Shown here one piece after another: positions 61,936 through 64,000 of a stretch of DNA of 64,000 bases. The notes under the pieces were generated by a model. It did no database searches, had not been told where the DNA came from, and was given only the letters and a program-made list of their open reading frames with translations. The position numbers and the translations under genes were made by a program. Source of the DNA: Microbotryum violaceum (Eukaryota); contig CDLV01000004.1 in NCBI GenBank assembly GCA_001244265.2, forward strand, positions 3,348,001 through 3,412,000, given 5' to 3'. Every line of letters begins with the position of its first letter. The first letter of the stretch is position 1.

Positions 61936-62837
61936 TAAGCTGGACTGCCAATCGCCAGAAACCGAGAGCAGATCGACAATGGGGTTCAATCACGGGAGGT
62001 ACTTGCCGGTCTCGGTCTTGCTGACGAAGGCGAAGAGGAGGACGAAGACGCGAAGACTGCGACGATGAGGATGAAGACGGCGGGGGACGAAAGAGAATGG
62101 TGATGGTGAACGTACGCGTCTTCGGCTCTTTTTCGGATGTTCCGTTCTGTTTAAGGTGCAAGCACAGACTGACATTGAACTTTTGAACACCTAGGACGAA
62201 GTTCAAGTAAAGGGGTCGAGGTGGCGAGTCTCGCCTTCACAATTCTTTGCGCACTATTTGCCAAACGCGACGAGTACTTCTCAATCCCGCATTGCACCCA
62301 GCGTCCCTTCCTGGAGTCTGTGATTTACGGATGTACTCCCAAGTCGAGACCGATCAACTCAACAAATCCGGTTGCATCAAGAGAACCTACGCCTCACCAC
62401 GACCCAAGGCATCAACGGCTTGACCCCGAACCAAATTGGACGTTCCATGACCTTGAGCTCGACGTTCAAGAATAGACCGCGCGACATCACGTGGCAGCGA
62501 TACCAGGATGCGATGGCGTGCGTTGTCAAACATGGAAAACCTCCGCTGCTCATCACGATGACGTACGGCCCGAAGCACCGGAAATCAAGGCTGCACTGGG
62601 GCCGAGTGACAAAGCATGCAACCGTCCGGATCTCATTGCACGAGTGTTTGAAGCCAAGTCCGGCAACAAGCGACATGCAGGCTGTTTCGGCGATGAATGT
62701 AGGATGAATGGATTTGGTTTTTTTGCTGTACTTCGTATTGTGTTTTCTTAACCTCTGCGCTGAGATCATGTAGACTGTTCGATTATCCTGCTATTTTTTG
62801 AATTTGATCCTCCGTTAATTTAACGGGTTCCCACTGG
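61936..62837 (+). mobile_element. Helitron 3' fragment, inverted relative to 21941-22793
   Basis: Same Rep motif and the same deletion junction; hairpin then CTGG|T end at 62837. Confidence 0.88.
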
Positions 62838-64000
62838 TTTTGTGTAAGTTTTTTGGCCTATTTTGGCCCCAAAATGTCAAAATTTCGCATGCGCCTCGGA
62901 AATATTATCAAAATGTGTTCTACATGCTCCAAAAAACGCTCAAAAGTCCTCGAAAACGCGTTCCGAGCGTTTGCGGACGCGCGGCGGCCTATCGAAAGTG
63001 GCTTGTGGCGCGCGTCGCTTCGGCTGGTGTTGCGCGTGGCTCCACGCTTCAAACAAGCCTTCCTTGCTTTGCTGGCTGGCTCGCTGCTTCGTTGTCAGAC
63101 TTCCTTTTTGCTGAAGTTGAGATCCTTGTTTCCGCGGTGGCATTTGCGCGGCTTGTAGAGGTTCTGCCGGCGGCATCTCGCAGGCCGGGCACGCTCCGAA
63201 GGGCGGCAAATCTTTGCTCGGCATGTGCGCTCGTATTCATTAGGCGCTCGTCCGGGTAACATGAGGTAAGGTCCGTGGTTGAACGATATGTAGTCGTTGA
63301 CGGGCCTAATGACTCGATGACCTGTCGACCATCAATCATGCGGAACGGCATAGTGCCATCAATGAGGTGTGTGGAATAGCATGTTTTCTTGATGAGGCGA
63401 AGCTCCTGTACGACGACATTTGAGAGTAGAACCAACGAGGCGAGCGTGTCTTGGTTGCAGTGGTTTGTTGTCACTCTGCTGTAGATGTGTCGCACTGTAG
63501 GACACAAGACTTGTGTCAAACGAGAACTTCACAGCTCAACTGCCATTCAAGGCATCGTACCAATTCCAATGAACAGCACTTCGTCTCCATAGGCAGTTTG
63601 GTCGCAGCTGAGTGAATGCATGCCACACTTGAGGCCAAAGCAGATCAGAGATCCAATCTCCAGTGGTGTGGCAGCGGTTACAGCTCCGTCAAGCGATCCA
63701 AAATGAGGATAGCGTTGTGCTAGCGCTCCATACTGCTTGTCTCTCTCAGGGAGCTTTTCCTAAAAGTATCGGACCGGCAAAACATTAGATCCAGTTGCCT
63801 TCGTTCCTAAATTCAGCAACAACTCACTTGAATGCGGCCATCCTCAATATAGGTGTTCTTCTGAATCTCGTTCAAGCTCCTCGTCGTGCCCGCCATGTCT
63901 TCGCAGCGAGATGGTCCCATGGACTGTACCAACCCTTTCAAGACGCATGAATGCGTTGTACTGCGTCCTTCCTCTGTATTGCTAACCCCTACGCCTGCCT
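62838..64000 (-). mobile_element. Divergent member of the GGACCC-TIR family (subterminal region plus 3' exons), running off the window
   Basis: 62840-62990 resembles the subterminal region at 29900-30040. Exons at 63955-63049 are homologous to the gene in the 2.4-kb elements. Confidence 0.75.

Overview
This is intron-containing eukaryotic DNA from a basidiomycete fungus. The micro-exon-rich GAPDH gene, heavy TE load and TCG>TTG hypermutation suggest Microbotryomycetes/Pucciniomycotina, which is an inference. 1-18 kb is a nest of retroelements: Copia inside Copia with a TSD, Gypsy/chromovirus elements with self-nested LTRs, and a truncated DIRS/Ngaro element. 18-21.6 kb holds a damaged BSP-peptidase gene and CWC25. 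21.7-32.3 kb holds a Helitron remnant and two inverted copies of a 2.4-kb TIR element flanking LTR debris. 32.5-48.3 kb is an apparently intact gene block: a C2/Munc13-like gene, PEX6, GAPDH and an alpha/beta-hydrolase. 49.5-64 kb holds an L1-like LINE, a GT32 gene, an HRQ1 pseudogene, a transposase remnant, a second Helitron end and a divergent TIR element. The most interesting signal is an unclassified TIR DNA-element family. Its two 2.4-kb copies and the divergent relative at 62.8-64 kb share a spliced gene with conserved residues and identical intron positions. The family shows CAGG(A)CCC termini, an 8-bp tandem footprint, insertion near gene 5' ends, and near-identical interiors with diverged ends, a combination reminiscent of P-element biology. 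All coordinates were read by eye and no searches were run.
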